Source: Candidatus Eiseniibacteriota bacterium (GTDB lineage Bacteria > Eisenbacteria > RBG-16-71-46 > SZUA-252). From it: DNA of 64,000 nucleotides. The stretch is taken from NCBI GenBank assembly GCA_003235575.1, contig QJVW01000079.1:25525-89524 (forward strand). Reading direction: 5' to 3'. The notes beneath the pieces were generated by a model. It searched no databases. It saw only the letters and a list, made by a program, of their open reading frames with translations, and was not told the DNA's origin. Position numbers and translations under genes: made by a program. Shown here in pieces: positions 32,001 through 41,893 of this stretch. Positions within the stretch are counted from its first letter, which is position 1. Each line of letters opens with the position of its first letter.

Positions 32001-33295
32001 GCGGCGTGGCGTGGCTCCTGCGGATCGCCGCGGTCGTCGTGCTGGCGGCGCCCGTTTCGGCCCAAGACGCGCCAACGGAAGCGATCACGCTTCCGGGCGG
32101 TCATGAGGAGACGAAGCCGCCCGCCCGCACCGTTCCGGCGGGAGCGAAGCCGAAGGGCACGTCCAAGATGTGCGGCGTGTGCCACTCGGAGGTGCGCGTG
32201 AAGTACGAGCAGGGGGCGCACGATCGGGAGGGAATCGGCTGCACGTCCTGCCACGGGGGAAACGCCGACGCCATCACCGTCGGGTCGGCCCACACGGGCG
32301 GCTATCGCGGCGTGCCCGCGCGCCGCGCGATTCCCGCGCTGTGCGCGTCGTGCCACGCGGACGTGACCAAGATGCGGTTCTACAACCTGCCCTCGGACCA
32401 GTACGCGCTCTACCAGACGTCGCAGCACGGCGTCCTGCTCGCGAAGGGCGACAGCAACGCCGCGGTCTGCACCGATTGCCATGGCGTCCACGAAATCCGT
32501 CCGCCCGAGGACCCGCAAAGCCGCGTCTTCGGGCGCAACATACCGAGCACCTGCGGCACCTGCCATGGAACGCCGTCGTTCCAGGCCCGCTACAAACGGA
32601 AGGACAACCCGGTCACCGACTATCGGAAGGGCGTGCACGGGCGCGCGTACCTGACGGGCGCCAGCGACACGGCTCCCGAGTGCACCGCGTGCCACGGCAG
32701 TCACGGCGCCACGCCCCCCGGCGTCGGCGATGTGGAGAAGGTGTGCGGACAGTGCCACGAGACGGCGCGCGAGTACTTCGTGGGGAGCGCCCACAAGCAG
32801 GCGATGGACGACGCGGGGATCCCGGAGTGCGCCGCCTGTCACCACAGCCACAATACGATCGCCGTCGCGCCGCAGAAGATCAGCACCGTGTGTCAGGAGT
32901 GTCATGACGAGGGAGAGCCGCCGCTCCGCGTGGCCACCACGCTCGAGCGGATGATCGCGGAGGCGTCCGAGGAGATCGCGAAGGCGGACAGCCTCGTCGC
33001 GCAGGCGGCGAGCATCCCGCTGTACGTGGAGGACTACCGCTCCAGGCTCCAAGACGCGCGAACCGCCCTGCTGGAATCGGCGCCGGTCACCCACTCGCTC
33101 GACACGACGCTCGTCGAGCCGCACACGCGCCGTGCGCGATCCATCGCGGCGACGGTGAGTGAAGAAGTCGACGAGAAGTTGTCGAGTCGATGGTGGCACA
33201 AGGTCGGCCTGGGACTGTTCTGGTTCTACCTTCTGCTGACGGCCGCGATCATCACCAGGGCCCGCCGTCGGGCCGCGGCGGATTCCAAGCGGTGA
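31997..33295 (+). CDS. Multiheme cytochrome c, 9 CxxCH, C-terminal membrane anchor
   Basis: 9 CxxCH motifs; signal peptide; helical stalk; TM VGLGLFWFYLLLTAAII; ATGA overlap. Confidence 0.9.
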   Translation: MSGVAWLLRIAAVVVLAAPVSAQDAPTEAITLPGGHEETKPPARTVPAGAKPKGTSKMCGVCHSEVRVKYEQGAHDREGIGCTSCHGGNADAITVGSAHTGGYRGVPARRAIPALCASCHADVTKMRFYNLPSDQYALYQTSQHGVLLAKGDSNAAVCTDCHGVHEIRPPEDPQSRVFGRNIPSTCGTCHGTPSFQARYKRKDNPVTDYRKGVHGRAYLTGASDTAPECTACHGSHGATPPGVGDVEKVCGQCHETAREYFVGSAHKQAMDDAGIPECAACHHSHNTIAVAPQKISTVCQECHDEGEPPLRVATTLERMIAEASEEIAKADSLVAQAASIPLYVEDYRSRLQDARTALLESAPVTHSLDTTLVEPHTRRARSIAATVSEEVDEKLSSRWWHKVGLGLFWFYLLLTAAIITRARRRAAADSKR

Positions 33296-35091
33296 CACCA
33301 CGATTCCGCCTCCCCTCGCTGCCGCCGTCGTGGCGGGGGCGGCTGACGTCCGCGCCCATCCGCACGGCCGGATTCGCCCTGGCCTTGATGGTCGCGCTGG
33401 GCTTGATCGCGACGGTGACCGCCGTCGAGGTCACCAGCAAGCCGCGCTTCTGCGGTTCCTGCCACATCATGGCGCCCTACTACGAGTCGTGGCAGCACTC
33501 CTCGCACCACAACATCGCGTGCGTGGAATGCCACATCCCGCCCGGCGTCACCGCCGAGATCCGCAAGAAGTTCGAGGCGCTGTCCATGGTGGCTCGCTAC
33601 TTCACCGGGACGTACGGCACGAACCCCTGGACGGAGATCGAGGATGCGGCATGCCTGCGCTGCCACGAGCGTCGGCTCCTGGCGGGGAAGGAGTTGATCG
33701 GCGACATCGTCTTCGATCACACGGCGCACCTGTCCGAAATGCGCCGGGGCAAGACCCTGCGCTGCACGTCCTGCCACGGCCAGCTCGTGCAGGGAAGCCA
33801 CATCGCGGTCACCACGTCGACCTGCATCCTCTGCCACTTCAAGGGCGTGGAGGAGGGCGAGGAGACCACCCGGTGCGTCATCTGCCACACCACGCCGTCC
33901 AAGACCTACGAGTTGGGTTCGGTTCAATTCCGGCACTCGGACGTGACGCGGTACGGCATGGAGTGTCGGTGGTGCCACGAAAAGCCCCAGGGGAGCGAGG
34001 GCGAGGTGCCGCGCGAGCGCTGCGTGACCTGCCACAATCAGACCATTCGCCTGGAGAAGTACGGCGAGACCGAGTTGCTGCACCGAAAGCACGTCTCCGA
34101 GCACAAGATCGATTGCATGGATTGCCACCTGCACCTCGAACACGTGGCGCCGCTGGGCGAGGCCGGGTCGAAGAACGCGGCGGCCCGCCTGCAGGCGGCC
34201 ACCTCGCGGATTCACAAGGGGGCGTCGGAGTGCCGCGCCTGCCACGAGGCCGGGCACTCGCCGCAGCTGGCGCTCTATACGGGCACCGGCGGACGCAACG
34301 TGGAGTCGAGCCCGAGTCCCATGTTCGAATCGGGCGTGCGCTGCGAGGGGTGCCACATCCGGCTACCCGGCCAGGCGTCGGAGGTGCGGCGCGCGTCGGA
34401 TGTGTCGTGCATGGCGTGCCATGGTCCCGACTATCGGAAGATCTACCTCTCGTGGAAGTCGTCGATCGACCAGCGGTCGGGGGCGCTGGGCCGGCAACTG
34501 GCCGAGACCGCCCGCGCGATCGGGACCGCCACGCCGCGCTTCGCGGATGCCCGATTCAACCACGATCTCGTCGCGCGCGGTCGGGGCGTGCACAACGTGG
34601 AGTACGCCAACGCGCTGCTCCGACAGTCGCACGCGGACATGAACGCCGCACGTCGGGGCCGCGGCCTGGCTCCCCTGCCGCGTCCCTGGCCCGAACCGCC
34701 GTACGCGTCGCCCTGCTTCCGCTGTCACGAGGGCGTCGAGCAGCAACGCGGCTCGATGTTCGGGAAGCCCTTTGCGCACGAGCGCCACGTGGTCGCCTCG
34801 AAGATCGATTGCGCCGCCTGTCATCGAACGCACGAGGAACGGGACGAAGGAGAGGTGGTGCGCTTCGGGGCCTCAGGATGCGTGTCGTGTCACCACAAGC
34901 CGCCGGTCGCGGACTGCATCACATGCCACGGCGACGTACGCAAGCATACGGTCACGTCGTTCCGCGGCGAATTCGACCATGCCACGCACCTCGACGACGC
35001 GGAGAAGACCTGCGTCGAGTGCCATGACCTCAAGGCGCCGCCGCCGGGGGTGCGGACGAGCGTCTGCGCGGAGTGTCACGAGGACGAGTGA
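33292..35091 (+). CDS. Multiheme cytochrome c, 18 CxxCH, NapC/NirT-like N-terminus
   Basis: N-terminal TM then TSKPRFCGSCHIM..YYESWQHSSH...CVECH; 18 CxxCH motifs counted manually; GTGA overlap. Confidence 0.9.
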   Translation: MTPRFRLPSLPPSWRGRLTSAPIRTAGFALALMVALGLIATVTAVEVTSKPRFCGSCHIMAPYYESWQHSSHHNIACVECHIPPGVTAEIRKKFEALSMVARYFTGTYGTNPWTEIEDAACLRCHERRLLAGKELIGDIVFDHTAHLSEMRRGKTLRCTSCHGQLVQGSHIAVTTSTCILCHFKGVEEGEETTRCVICHTTPSKTYELGSVQFRHSDVTRYGMECRWCHEKPQGSEGEVPRERCVTCHNQTIRLEKYGETELLHRKHVSEHKIDCMDCHLHLEHVAPLGEAGSKNAAARLQAATSRIHKGASECRACHEAGHSPQLALYTGTGGRNVESSPSPMFESGVRCEGCHIRLPGQASEVRRASDVSCMACHGPDYRKIYLSWKSSIDQRSGALGRQLAETARAIGTATPRFADARFNHDLVARGRGVHNVEYANALLRQSHADMNAARRGRGLAPLPRPWPEPPYASPCFRCHEGVEQQRGSMFGKPFAHERHVVASKIDCAACHRTHEERDEGEVVRFGASGCVSCHHKPPVADCITCHGDVRKHTVTSFRGEFDHATHLDDAEKTCVECHDLKAPPPGVRTSVCAECHEDE

Positions 35092-35118
35092 CGCCGGGAG
35101 CCGCGCGCCCGCGACGGC

Positions 35119-35787
35119 TCAGTCCTTGTCGTCCCTCTTGAAGAACGAGCCGAGGCCCCGTTCGATGGCGCGGTAGGATCCGAGGCCGATCCCCAGGGCG
35201 AACGCGACGCCGACGGCTCCGAAGCCGATCAGGAATGCCGCCAGCACCATTTCGCGGGCCAGGCGCAGCTGCCACAGGATGATCGCGACGATGATGCCGA
35301 CCATGGACGCCTTCACCACCATGGCGATCAAGCGCGGCCGCGTCACGCCCTCCTCTTCCAGGATTTCGTGGAGGCGCGCTTCGAGCGCGTTGGCCGCGGC
35401 CAGTCCCACGCCCAAGAGAATGCCGGCGAGGGCCAGGTTCGGCAGGTAGAACACGACGTTGTCGATGAGGCGCGACAGCGCCAAGAGGCCCCACCGTTCC
35501 AGCGTGTCGTCCAGGAATACGAGGATGATCAGAAGCATCGTCACGTTCCCGGCGATGTTGTAGAGGGTGGAACGGACGTCGCCCTTCCCGAACGCCGCGC
35601 GCCACCCCGCGCGTCCCGCCAGGCGGTCGAGTCGAAGCCAGATCAGGAGGCGAATGACGGCGCGCTTGGCGAGCCACCCGACGAGCACCCCCAGGGCGAG
35701 AACCAGCAGCCCCGCCGCCAGGGTGGGTAGGAAGTCCTGGATCTGTTCCCAGAGAATCGCGAGTGGCTGACCCGATTGGGGATTCAT
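35119..35787 (-). CDS. Membrane protein with MscS-associated conserved TM-helix repeats
   Basis: FLPTLAAGLLVL, YLPNLALAGIL, AFALGIGLG; no long cytoplasmic MscS beta-domain. Confidence 0.65.
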   Translation of the reverse strand: MNPQSGQPLAILWEQIQDFLPTLAAGLLVLALGVLVGWLAKRAVIRLLIWLRLDRLAGRAGWRAAFGKGDVRSTLYNIAGNVTMLLIILVFLDDTLERWGLLALSRLIDNVVFYLPNLALAGILLGVGLAAANALEARLHEILEEEGVTRPRLIAMVVKASMVGIIVAIILWQLRLAREMVLAAFLIGFGAVGVAFALGIGLGSYRAIERGLGSFFKRDDKD

Positions 35788-35794
35788 GGCTCCT

Positions 35795-38041
35795 CTACTT
35801 TCTGCCCGTGAAGAATCGTTCGAAGCGACCCGAGTGGTGGGCTTCGACGTCCCGTACGACGATCAGGGGGCCGCGTCCGCGACGGGCGAGGACCCCGGGG
35901 AGTGTTTCGGCGAGGAGCGCGGCCACCGGATCGGTGCTCGGCGCCCCCATGACGACCAGGTCGCCCGGCTCCACCGCCCGCAGCAGGCCGACCCCGACGT
36001 TGCGACGTCGCAGGACCTCGAGCGGTGCGTCGATATCGGCCGCCTTCAGCGTTTCGCGTGCCGCCGCCTCCAGCGCGCGTGCCTCGCCGTCGGGGGTGCC
36101 GCTGGGGATTACGGTGACGGCGCGCGCGGTGGTGTCGTACTGCTCGGCGAACCGAGGCGCGAGCTCCGCGGCCAGTTGTGAATTGGCGCCGGACGTGACC
36201 GGCACGACGACGCCCCGAATCTGCTTGGGGTCCAGCGCGCCGTAGACGACGCCCACCTGGTTCGGCGCATCCTGAATGACGCGTTCGACGATCGAGGCGA
36301 CGAGGCGCTCCAAGAGCGATCGGGCGACGGGCTGGCCCAGCAGGAGGAAGTTGCAGTCCTCCTCGCGGGCGGTCTCCAGGATGCCCTGGCTGACGCGATG
36401 GGCGATCTTCAGCACGCCGCGAACGGGTACGCCGCGCTTCGCCGCGTACTCCACGGCCTCGTCCAGGAGCGGCTCCAATTTGCGCGCGAGCGGCCGTCCC
36501 GCCATCAGCGATTGCCCCAACGGGACCTCGGCGACGGTTACGACCACGATCTCGCCCTTGTGCTGGCGGGCGATGACGATGGCCGCTTCCATCAGGGACG
36601 GCATCGTTCGCGCGCTCGAGATCGCGGCGAGCACGCTGTATTCCTGGCGATCGATCCGCTCCATCCATCGGACGCGTTCGGCGAACGCGACCTCGCGGGT
36701 GCGGCTGTAGCCGTAGTAGAAGGCGACCCCCGCCGCGATCCAGCCCCCGGCCGCGAGCCACGCCAGCGGGTACTGGAAGAACATGAACACCGCGATGAAG
36801 AGCATCGTGGCGATGGCCAGGATCGGCGTGAAGGGCATGAACGGGACCTTGAACCCGCGGTCGAGTTCGGGGTGGGACTTCCGGAGGCGGATCACCGCCA
36901 CGTTCACGCCGCCGAAGAGGAGCAGGAACATCACGCCCGCCGCCGCGGCGACCTGCTCGATCGGCAGCGCGATCGCCATGCCGATGATCAGGATCGTCGA
37001 GAAGAGAATCGCGACATGGGGCGTCGCCGTCTTGGGATGCACCTTCGCCACCATGGTGGGGAGGCTGGCGTCGCGCGCCATCGCGAAGGCCACGCGCGAG
37101 GAGGAATAGATCGTCGCGTTCAGCGCCGAGATGGTCGACAAGAGCCCGCCCACCAGGATCACGATGCCGCCGCCCAGCACGAACTGGTTGGCCGCGGCGA
37201 CGAGGGCGATCTCCTTGGCCTGGCCCAGGTACTCCGTCACCATCATCCCCACGGGGGGCGTGACGGCCCCGATGGCGACGAGGGCGACCAGCAGGTAGAT
37301 CGGGATCACGATGAGGAGGGAGAGGAAGACGGCCCGGGGCACGTTCCGCTTCGGTGACTCCACTTCCTCGCTGGTCTGGGCGATGATCTCGTAGCCCTCG
37401 AACGCGATGAACGTCAGTCCCATGGCGGCGAAGATGCCGGCCCAGCCGTGCGTCATGAACGGCGTGAAGGCCCCCTGCCACCCGGGCCGGTGGACCATCG
37501 CCCACAGTCCCGCCGCGATGAAGGCGCCGATGATGACGATCTTCCCGATGGTCACCACGTTTCCGGCCTTGCCCGTCTCCGAGGCGCCCCGGTAGTTGAT
37601 GTAGGCGAAGATCGAGCAGGCGAGGACCGCCAACCAGATCTCCAGCGTGCCGAAGGGGAGCGCTGGCGTGGTGATGCCGGCGACCGAGAGCACTTCCTTG
37701 AAGTACGCGCCGAACCCGAGCGCGTAGAGCGAGCAGGCCACGGCGTGGGCGAACCAATCCATCCACCCGGAAAGAAAACCGGCGGGATCGGGGAGCGATG
37801 CCTTGATCCAAAGGTAGCCGCCGCCGGCGCCGTGGATGGCGCTGCCCAATTCCGCGTAGGCCATGGCGGTCAGCAGCGCGACGAATCCATTCAGGACGAA
37901 CACCAGCAGGAGCGCGGGGCCGGCCACGCCTGCCGCGATGCCGGTCAACACGAAGATGCCGGCGCCGATCATGGCGCCGACACCGATCATCGTGACATCG
38001 ACGAGCCGCATTTCGCGACTCAGGCGTACTTCGGTGGCCAC
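35795..38041 (-). CDS. APC-family amino acid permease fused to universal stress protein domains
   Basis: IGVGAMIGAGIFVL, AYAELGSA, FIAFEGYE, SSSRVAFAMARD; C-terminal USP-like repeats (ILETAREEDC, VVVPVTSG). Confidence 0.88.
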   Translation of the reverse strand: MATEVRLSREMRLVDVTMIGVGAMIGAGIFVLTGIAAGVAGPALLLVFVLNGFVALLTAMAYAELGSAIHGAGGGYLWIKASLPDPAGFLSGWMDWFAHAVACSLYALGFGAYFKEVLSVAGITTPALPFGTLEIWLAVLACSIFAYINYRGASETGKAGNVVTIGKIVIIGAFIAAGLWAMVHRPGWQGAFTPFMTHGWAGIFAAMGLTFIAFEGYEIIAQTSEEVESPKRNVPRAVFLSLLIVIPIYLLVALVAIGAVTPPVGMMVTEYLGQAKEIALVAAANQFVLGGGIVILVGGLLSTISALNATIYSSSRVAFAMARDASLPTMVAKVHPKTATPHVAILFSTILIIGMAIALPIEQVAAAAGVMFLLLFGGVNVAVIRLRKSHPELDRGFKVPFMPFTPILAIATMLFIAVFMFFQYPLAWLAAGGWIAAGVAFYYGYSRTREVAFAERVRWMERIDRQEYSVLAAISSARTMPSLMEAAIVIARQHKGEIVVVTVAEVPLGQSLMAGRPLARKLEPLLDEAVEYAAKRGVPVRGVLKIAHRVSQGILETAREEDCNFLLLGQPVARSLLERLVASIVERVIQDAPNQVGVVYGALDPKQIRGVVVPVTSGANSQLAAELAPRFAEQYDTTARAVTVIPSGTPDGEARALEAAARETLKAADIDAPLEVLRRRNVGVGLLRAVEPGDLVVMGAPSTDPVAALLAETLPGVLARRGRGPLIVVRDVEAHHSGRFERFFTGRK

Positions 38042-38285
38042 GTGCCCTCCGTTGGCGTGCGGCGATTCTTACGGCCGCGAACCGTCCGCTGCAACTGCTT
38101 TCACCGGACATTCCGCGGGAGATGCCGCGTTTACACCCGCCGAGCGCTCGGGTAGCATCCGGGCAGATGATACCCGACCGGCACGAAAAGTGGGGGCAAC
38201 CATGACGGCGCCATCGATTTTGCCTGCCGGGGCGCGGCATGGTTCGGCCCGCGCGCCGGCCGCCCCGCGCGAAGGCGGTCGCTAG

Positions 38286-39989
38286 GTGGCGCGCTTGCCG
38301 AAGTCGTTCCGACGCCTCCTCCTGTTGGTGGCGTCGATTCCCCTCCTGGTCGTCTTGCTCGGAATCCTATACCAGCTCGGAATGAACCACCTCGAGGGCC
38401 AGGTGCGCACGCTGGGGGAGAGTCTCCAGTGGGCCGCGGCGACGTTGACGACGACGGGATACGGCCGGGACTCGTCGTGGACGCATCCCGTCATGGAATT
38501 CTTCGTGATCTTCGTGGAGTTCGCCGGCGTGCTGCTCCTCTTCCTCGTCTTCCCCGTCTTCGTCATTCCGTTCTTGGAGGAACGGTTCGAAGTGCGCCTT
38601 CCCGGCGTGCTCCCCGACCTCGACGGGCACGTGTTGATCTACCGGTACGGCCCCGCGGTGACGTCCCTCCTGGAGGAACTGGAGCAGGCGGACGTTCCGT
38701 CGGTGATCTTCGAGGAGGACGAGGCGGTCGCGCGACGGCTGCACGAACGGGAGCACAAGGTGGTCCTCGGAAATCTCGAGGACGAGGATCCGGATCTCAG
38801 CCACCTTGTCGGCGCCCGGGGACTGGTGCTGAACGGTCACGATGACGACAATGCCGTGATGATTCTGGGCGCGCGATACCACGGGTACGAAGGGCCCATC
38901 ATCGCGCTCGTCGAGGATCCCAACCGGAGGCCGCCGCTCCTTCGCGCCGGCGCCAACATCGCCTTCACGCCGTCGCACGTGCTCGCCGCCGCGATCGCCG
39001 CGCGCGCGAGCGTGAAGATCAGCCCGCGGCTCTCCACGGTGCGCCAGCTCGGCCAGCACCTGCAGGTCGCGGAGCTGCGCATTCACGCCTCCAGTCCGTT
39101 CGCGGGGAAGTCCGTGGCGGATGCTCGCATTCGCGCCCAGACCGGCGCGACGGTCGTGGGGCTCTGGTCGGGGGGCGAGCTCCTGCGCCAGCCTCCCGTG
39201 AGCACCATCATCGGGGTCGGAATGATCGTGGTCGCCGTCGGAGGGCCGCAGGCGATCGAGCGACTGGGCGCCCTCGCGACTCCCGTCCGCCGGGACGGCG
39301 TCCTGCTCATCGTGGGGGACAGCGAGATCGGAAGAAAGGTCGCGTCGTTCCTGCGCGAGGCGGGAGAGCAGGTGCGTGTCGTGCAGCCGGAGGCCGCGGA
39401 GGGCGTCGATGTCGTGGGGGATCCCCTGAGCCCCGACGTGCTGAAGAAGGCCGGCGCGGCGGACGCGCAGGCCGTCGTGGTTTCGTTCGACTCGGACAGC
39501 GCGACGCTCCTGGCGTCGGCGGTGACGCGAAATCTGGCGCCGGAGGTGGTGATCATCGCCGCGGCGAGCCGCGCGGAAAACGTGTCCCGCATCCATCGCG
39601 CGGGCGCGGATTTCGCGCTATCGGTCGGACAGGTGGCGGGGCAGCTCCTGGCCTATCACCTGCTCGGCCAGGAGTCGGTGTCGCTGGAGGCGGAGATCAA
39701 GATCGTGTCCACCTCCGCGGGCACGCTGGCCGGCCGGTCCATCGGCACGACGTGGATTCGCGAAAAGACCGGTTGTTCCATCGTCGCCGTCGAGCGTGGA
39801 GACGAAATCATCGTGGAGTGGGACGAGCAGTTGACGCTCCAGGAAAGCGATACGGTCTACGTCAGCGGCACGAGCGAGACGATCGCCGAATACTTTCGGG
39901 TGTTTCCTGGAACGCAGCACGCCCCGGCGGCGCGCCAGCGTCCCGCCTACATCGTGGAGTCGTCCGACCCCGGAGGCTCCGGAGCCTGA
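38286..39989 (+). CDS. Potassium channel with tandem RCK (TrkA-N/TrkA-C) domains
   Basis: 2-TM pore with filter TLTTTGYG; two RCK-N/RCK-C pairs (GATVVG, GCSIVAVERG). Confidence 0.85.
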   Translation: MARLPKSFRRLLLLVASIPLLVVLLGILYQLGMNHLEGQVRTLGESLQWAAATLTTTGYGRDSSWTHPVMEFFVIFVEFAGVLLLFLVFPVFVIPFLEERFEVRLPGVLPDLDGHVLIYRYGPAVTSLLEELEQADVPSVIFEEDEAVARRLHEREHKVVLGNLEDEDPDLSHLVGARGLVLNGHDDDNAVMILGARYHGYEGPIIALVEDPNRRPPLLRAGANIAFTPSHVLAAAIAARASVKISPRLSTVRQLGQHLQVAELRIHASSPFAGKSVADARIRAQTGATVVGLWSGGELLRQPPVSTIIGVGMIVVAVGGPQAIERLGALATPVRRDGVLLIVGDSEIGRKVASFLREAGEQVRVVQPEAAEGVDVVGDPLSPDVLKKAGAADAQAVVVSFDSDSATLLASAVTRNLAPEVVIIAAASRAENVSRIHRAGADFALSVGQVAGQLLAYHLLGQESVSLEAEIKIVSTSAGTLAGRSIGTTWIREKTGCSIVAVERGDEIIVEWDEQLTLQESDTVYVSGTSETIAEYFRVFPGTQHAPAARQRPAYIVESSDPGGSGA

Positions 39990-41173
39990 CCCGGCGCCTG
40001 CGCCGGCGGGGGAGTGGATCGCGCCGTCCGGTGGCGATCGGGTTTCCGTGTCGACCCCAGCCAGCCCTTGCGCCGGAAGTAGACGAGCATGCCCACGGCG
40101 GAGACGGCCATGATCAGGAGCACCCCCGGGTAGGCCCACCGCTGGTGCAGTTCCGGCATGTGGTCGAAGTTCATGCCGTAGATGCCCGCCAGGAAGGTGA
40201 GCGGGATGAAGATGCTGGCCATGATCGTCAGCACTTTCATGACCTCGTTCGTCCGGTTGGCGGCTACCGAGAGGTGCGTGTTCATCATGCCGGTGACGAG
40301 TTCTCGATACGTGTCGACGACCTCCACGGCCTGGCTGGCATGATCCAGCGTGTCGCGAAAGTAGGGAAGCACGCGCTCGTCCACCCAGGGGCTTCCTTCG
40401 CGCAACAGGATTTGGAGCGAGTCCCGTTGCGGCCGTAGCGCCCGCCGAAATCCCAAGAGATCCCCCTTCACGCGCAGCAGGCGGCGCATCGTCTCGTCGT
40501 CCGCGTGCAGCATCACGTCCTCTTCCAGGGCCTCCAGCCGCTCGCCCAGGTGCTCGATGACGGGAAAGTAGTGATCGACGACCGTGTCGAGGAGGGCGTA
40601 CGCCAGGTAGTCGGTGCCCGACGCGCGCATGGGTCCCAACCCGTCCCGAAGCCGCCGTCGAACCGGGTCGAGAACGTCGCCCGCGTGCTCCTGAAAGGTG
40701 ATCACGGCGTCGCGCGATAGAACGATGCTGACCTGCTCGGCGGCGACCTCCAATTCGGCGCGGAGGTGGTACATCCGGGTCACCAGGAAGTGGTGGCGCT
40801 CGTAGACCTCGCTCTTGGGGGCCTGCGGCACGTTGACGACGTCCTCGAGGAGAAGGGGATGGAGATCGAACGCGCTCCCGATCCGGCGGAGGACGGTCTC
40901 GTCGCCCAGACCCTGAACGTCGACCCAGAGCTTCATGCCCGGCCGCCGCGCCGCCACCAACGCCTCCACGTCCTCGACGTCTCGCTCCGCGATCTCGGTG
41001 GCCGAGTACTCCACCGCGTGCAGACGCGGCGCCTCGGAACCCGTGGGGATGACCAGCGTGCCCGGGCGGGAGCCCGCTTCGGGGTGTTGCTTTCGGAAGC
41101 GTCCCAGGAGGTTCGTCGTGCCGCGCCGGAGATTGGGGACCGAGAACGCGCTTCGGATCGATTGTGGGGACAT
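39947..41173 (-). CDS. corA: Magnesium/cobalt transporter CorA
   Basis: LWVDVQG, LHPLLLEDV, DYLAYALLD, NEVMKVLT, GIYGMNF signature, MPEL; start taken at ATG 41173. Confidence 0.93.
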   Translation of the reverse strand: MSPQSIRSAFSVPNLRRGTTNLLGRFRKQHPEAGSRPGTLVIPTGSEAPRLHAVEYSATEIAERDVEDVEALVAARRPGMKLWVDVQGLGDETVLRRIGSAFDLHPLLLEDVVNVPQAPKSEVYERHHFLVTRMYHLRAELEVAAEQVSIVLSRDAVITFQEHAGDVLDPVRRRLRDGLGPMRASGTDYLAYALLDTVVDHYFPVIEHLGERLEALEEDVMLHADDETMRRLLRVKGDLLGFRRALRPQRDSLQILLREGSPWVDERVLPYFRDTLDHASQAVEVVDTYRELVTGMMNTHLSVAANRTNEVMKVLTIMASIFIPLTFLAGIYGMNFDHMPELHQRWAYPGVLLIMAVSAVGMLVYFRRKGWLGSTRKPDRHRTARSTPPPAQAPGQAPEPPGSDDSTM

Positions 41174-41342
41174 GCGAATCCTCCAAGACGGGCCGGAGTT
41201 CCGTGCTCGCGGGTCCATCGCGAGGATGCCCGATCCCACACGCCGTGTCACGGCCCCAACGGGGGATCGTATCCACGGAGACGGCGGCCGTAGGCGCCCT
41301 CGCATGCACTCGCATCCAACCCTAGCGCAAGGAGTATCGCCG

Positions 41343-41786
41343 ATGAACCGTGTCCTGGGAATCCTCGGCGGCCTCATGGCCGCCACGATCGTCCTCCTCG
41401 CACCCGCCCCCGCCCGCGCGGACGGGAGCAGCGTCGTGTTGGGAGGGTATTGCGTCGTGGCCTACCTCGACGCCGGCAAGCCGATCTACGGCACCGTGGA
41501 GAACCAATCCACCTACGAGGGCAAGCGGTATCACTTCGTGAACGCCGAAGCCAAGGCGGCCTTCGATAAGAACCCCGCGCGGTACGCCGGGGCCATCCGG
41601 TATGACGCGTGGTGCGCCACCGCACTGGCCATGGGCAAGGAAGTCGCCAGCGAGCCGGCCCAGTTCCTGGTTCGCGATGGGGCCCTCTACCTCTTTTCCA
41701 GCGCGGACGCCAAGGCGATGTTCGAGAAGGACGCCGCCGGGATGACGAAGAAAGCGGATCAAAACTGGAAGAAGCACATGAAGTAG
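41343..41786 (+). CDS. Exported YHS-domain protein
   Basis: Signal peptide; GGYCVVAY, YEGKRYHF...AFDKNPARY, WCATAL, GALYLF, ADQNW. Confidence 0.8.
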   Translation: MNRVLGILGGLMAATIVLLAPAPARADGSSVVLGGYCVVAYLDAGKPIYGTVENQSTYEGKRYHFVNAEAKAAFDKNPARYAGAIRYDAWCATALAMGKEVASEPAQFLVRDGALYLFSSADAKAMFEKDAAGMTKKADQNWKKHMK

Positions 41787-41893
41787 CGAACCCGTCCGAC
41801 GTTGCGCGGGGCGCCCGGCGCGCCCCGTCGCCGGCGTCGGGCGGCGCACCGCGTGATTGACATCGCCGCGTCGGGCCCCCACCGTACCGGGCC

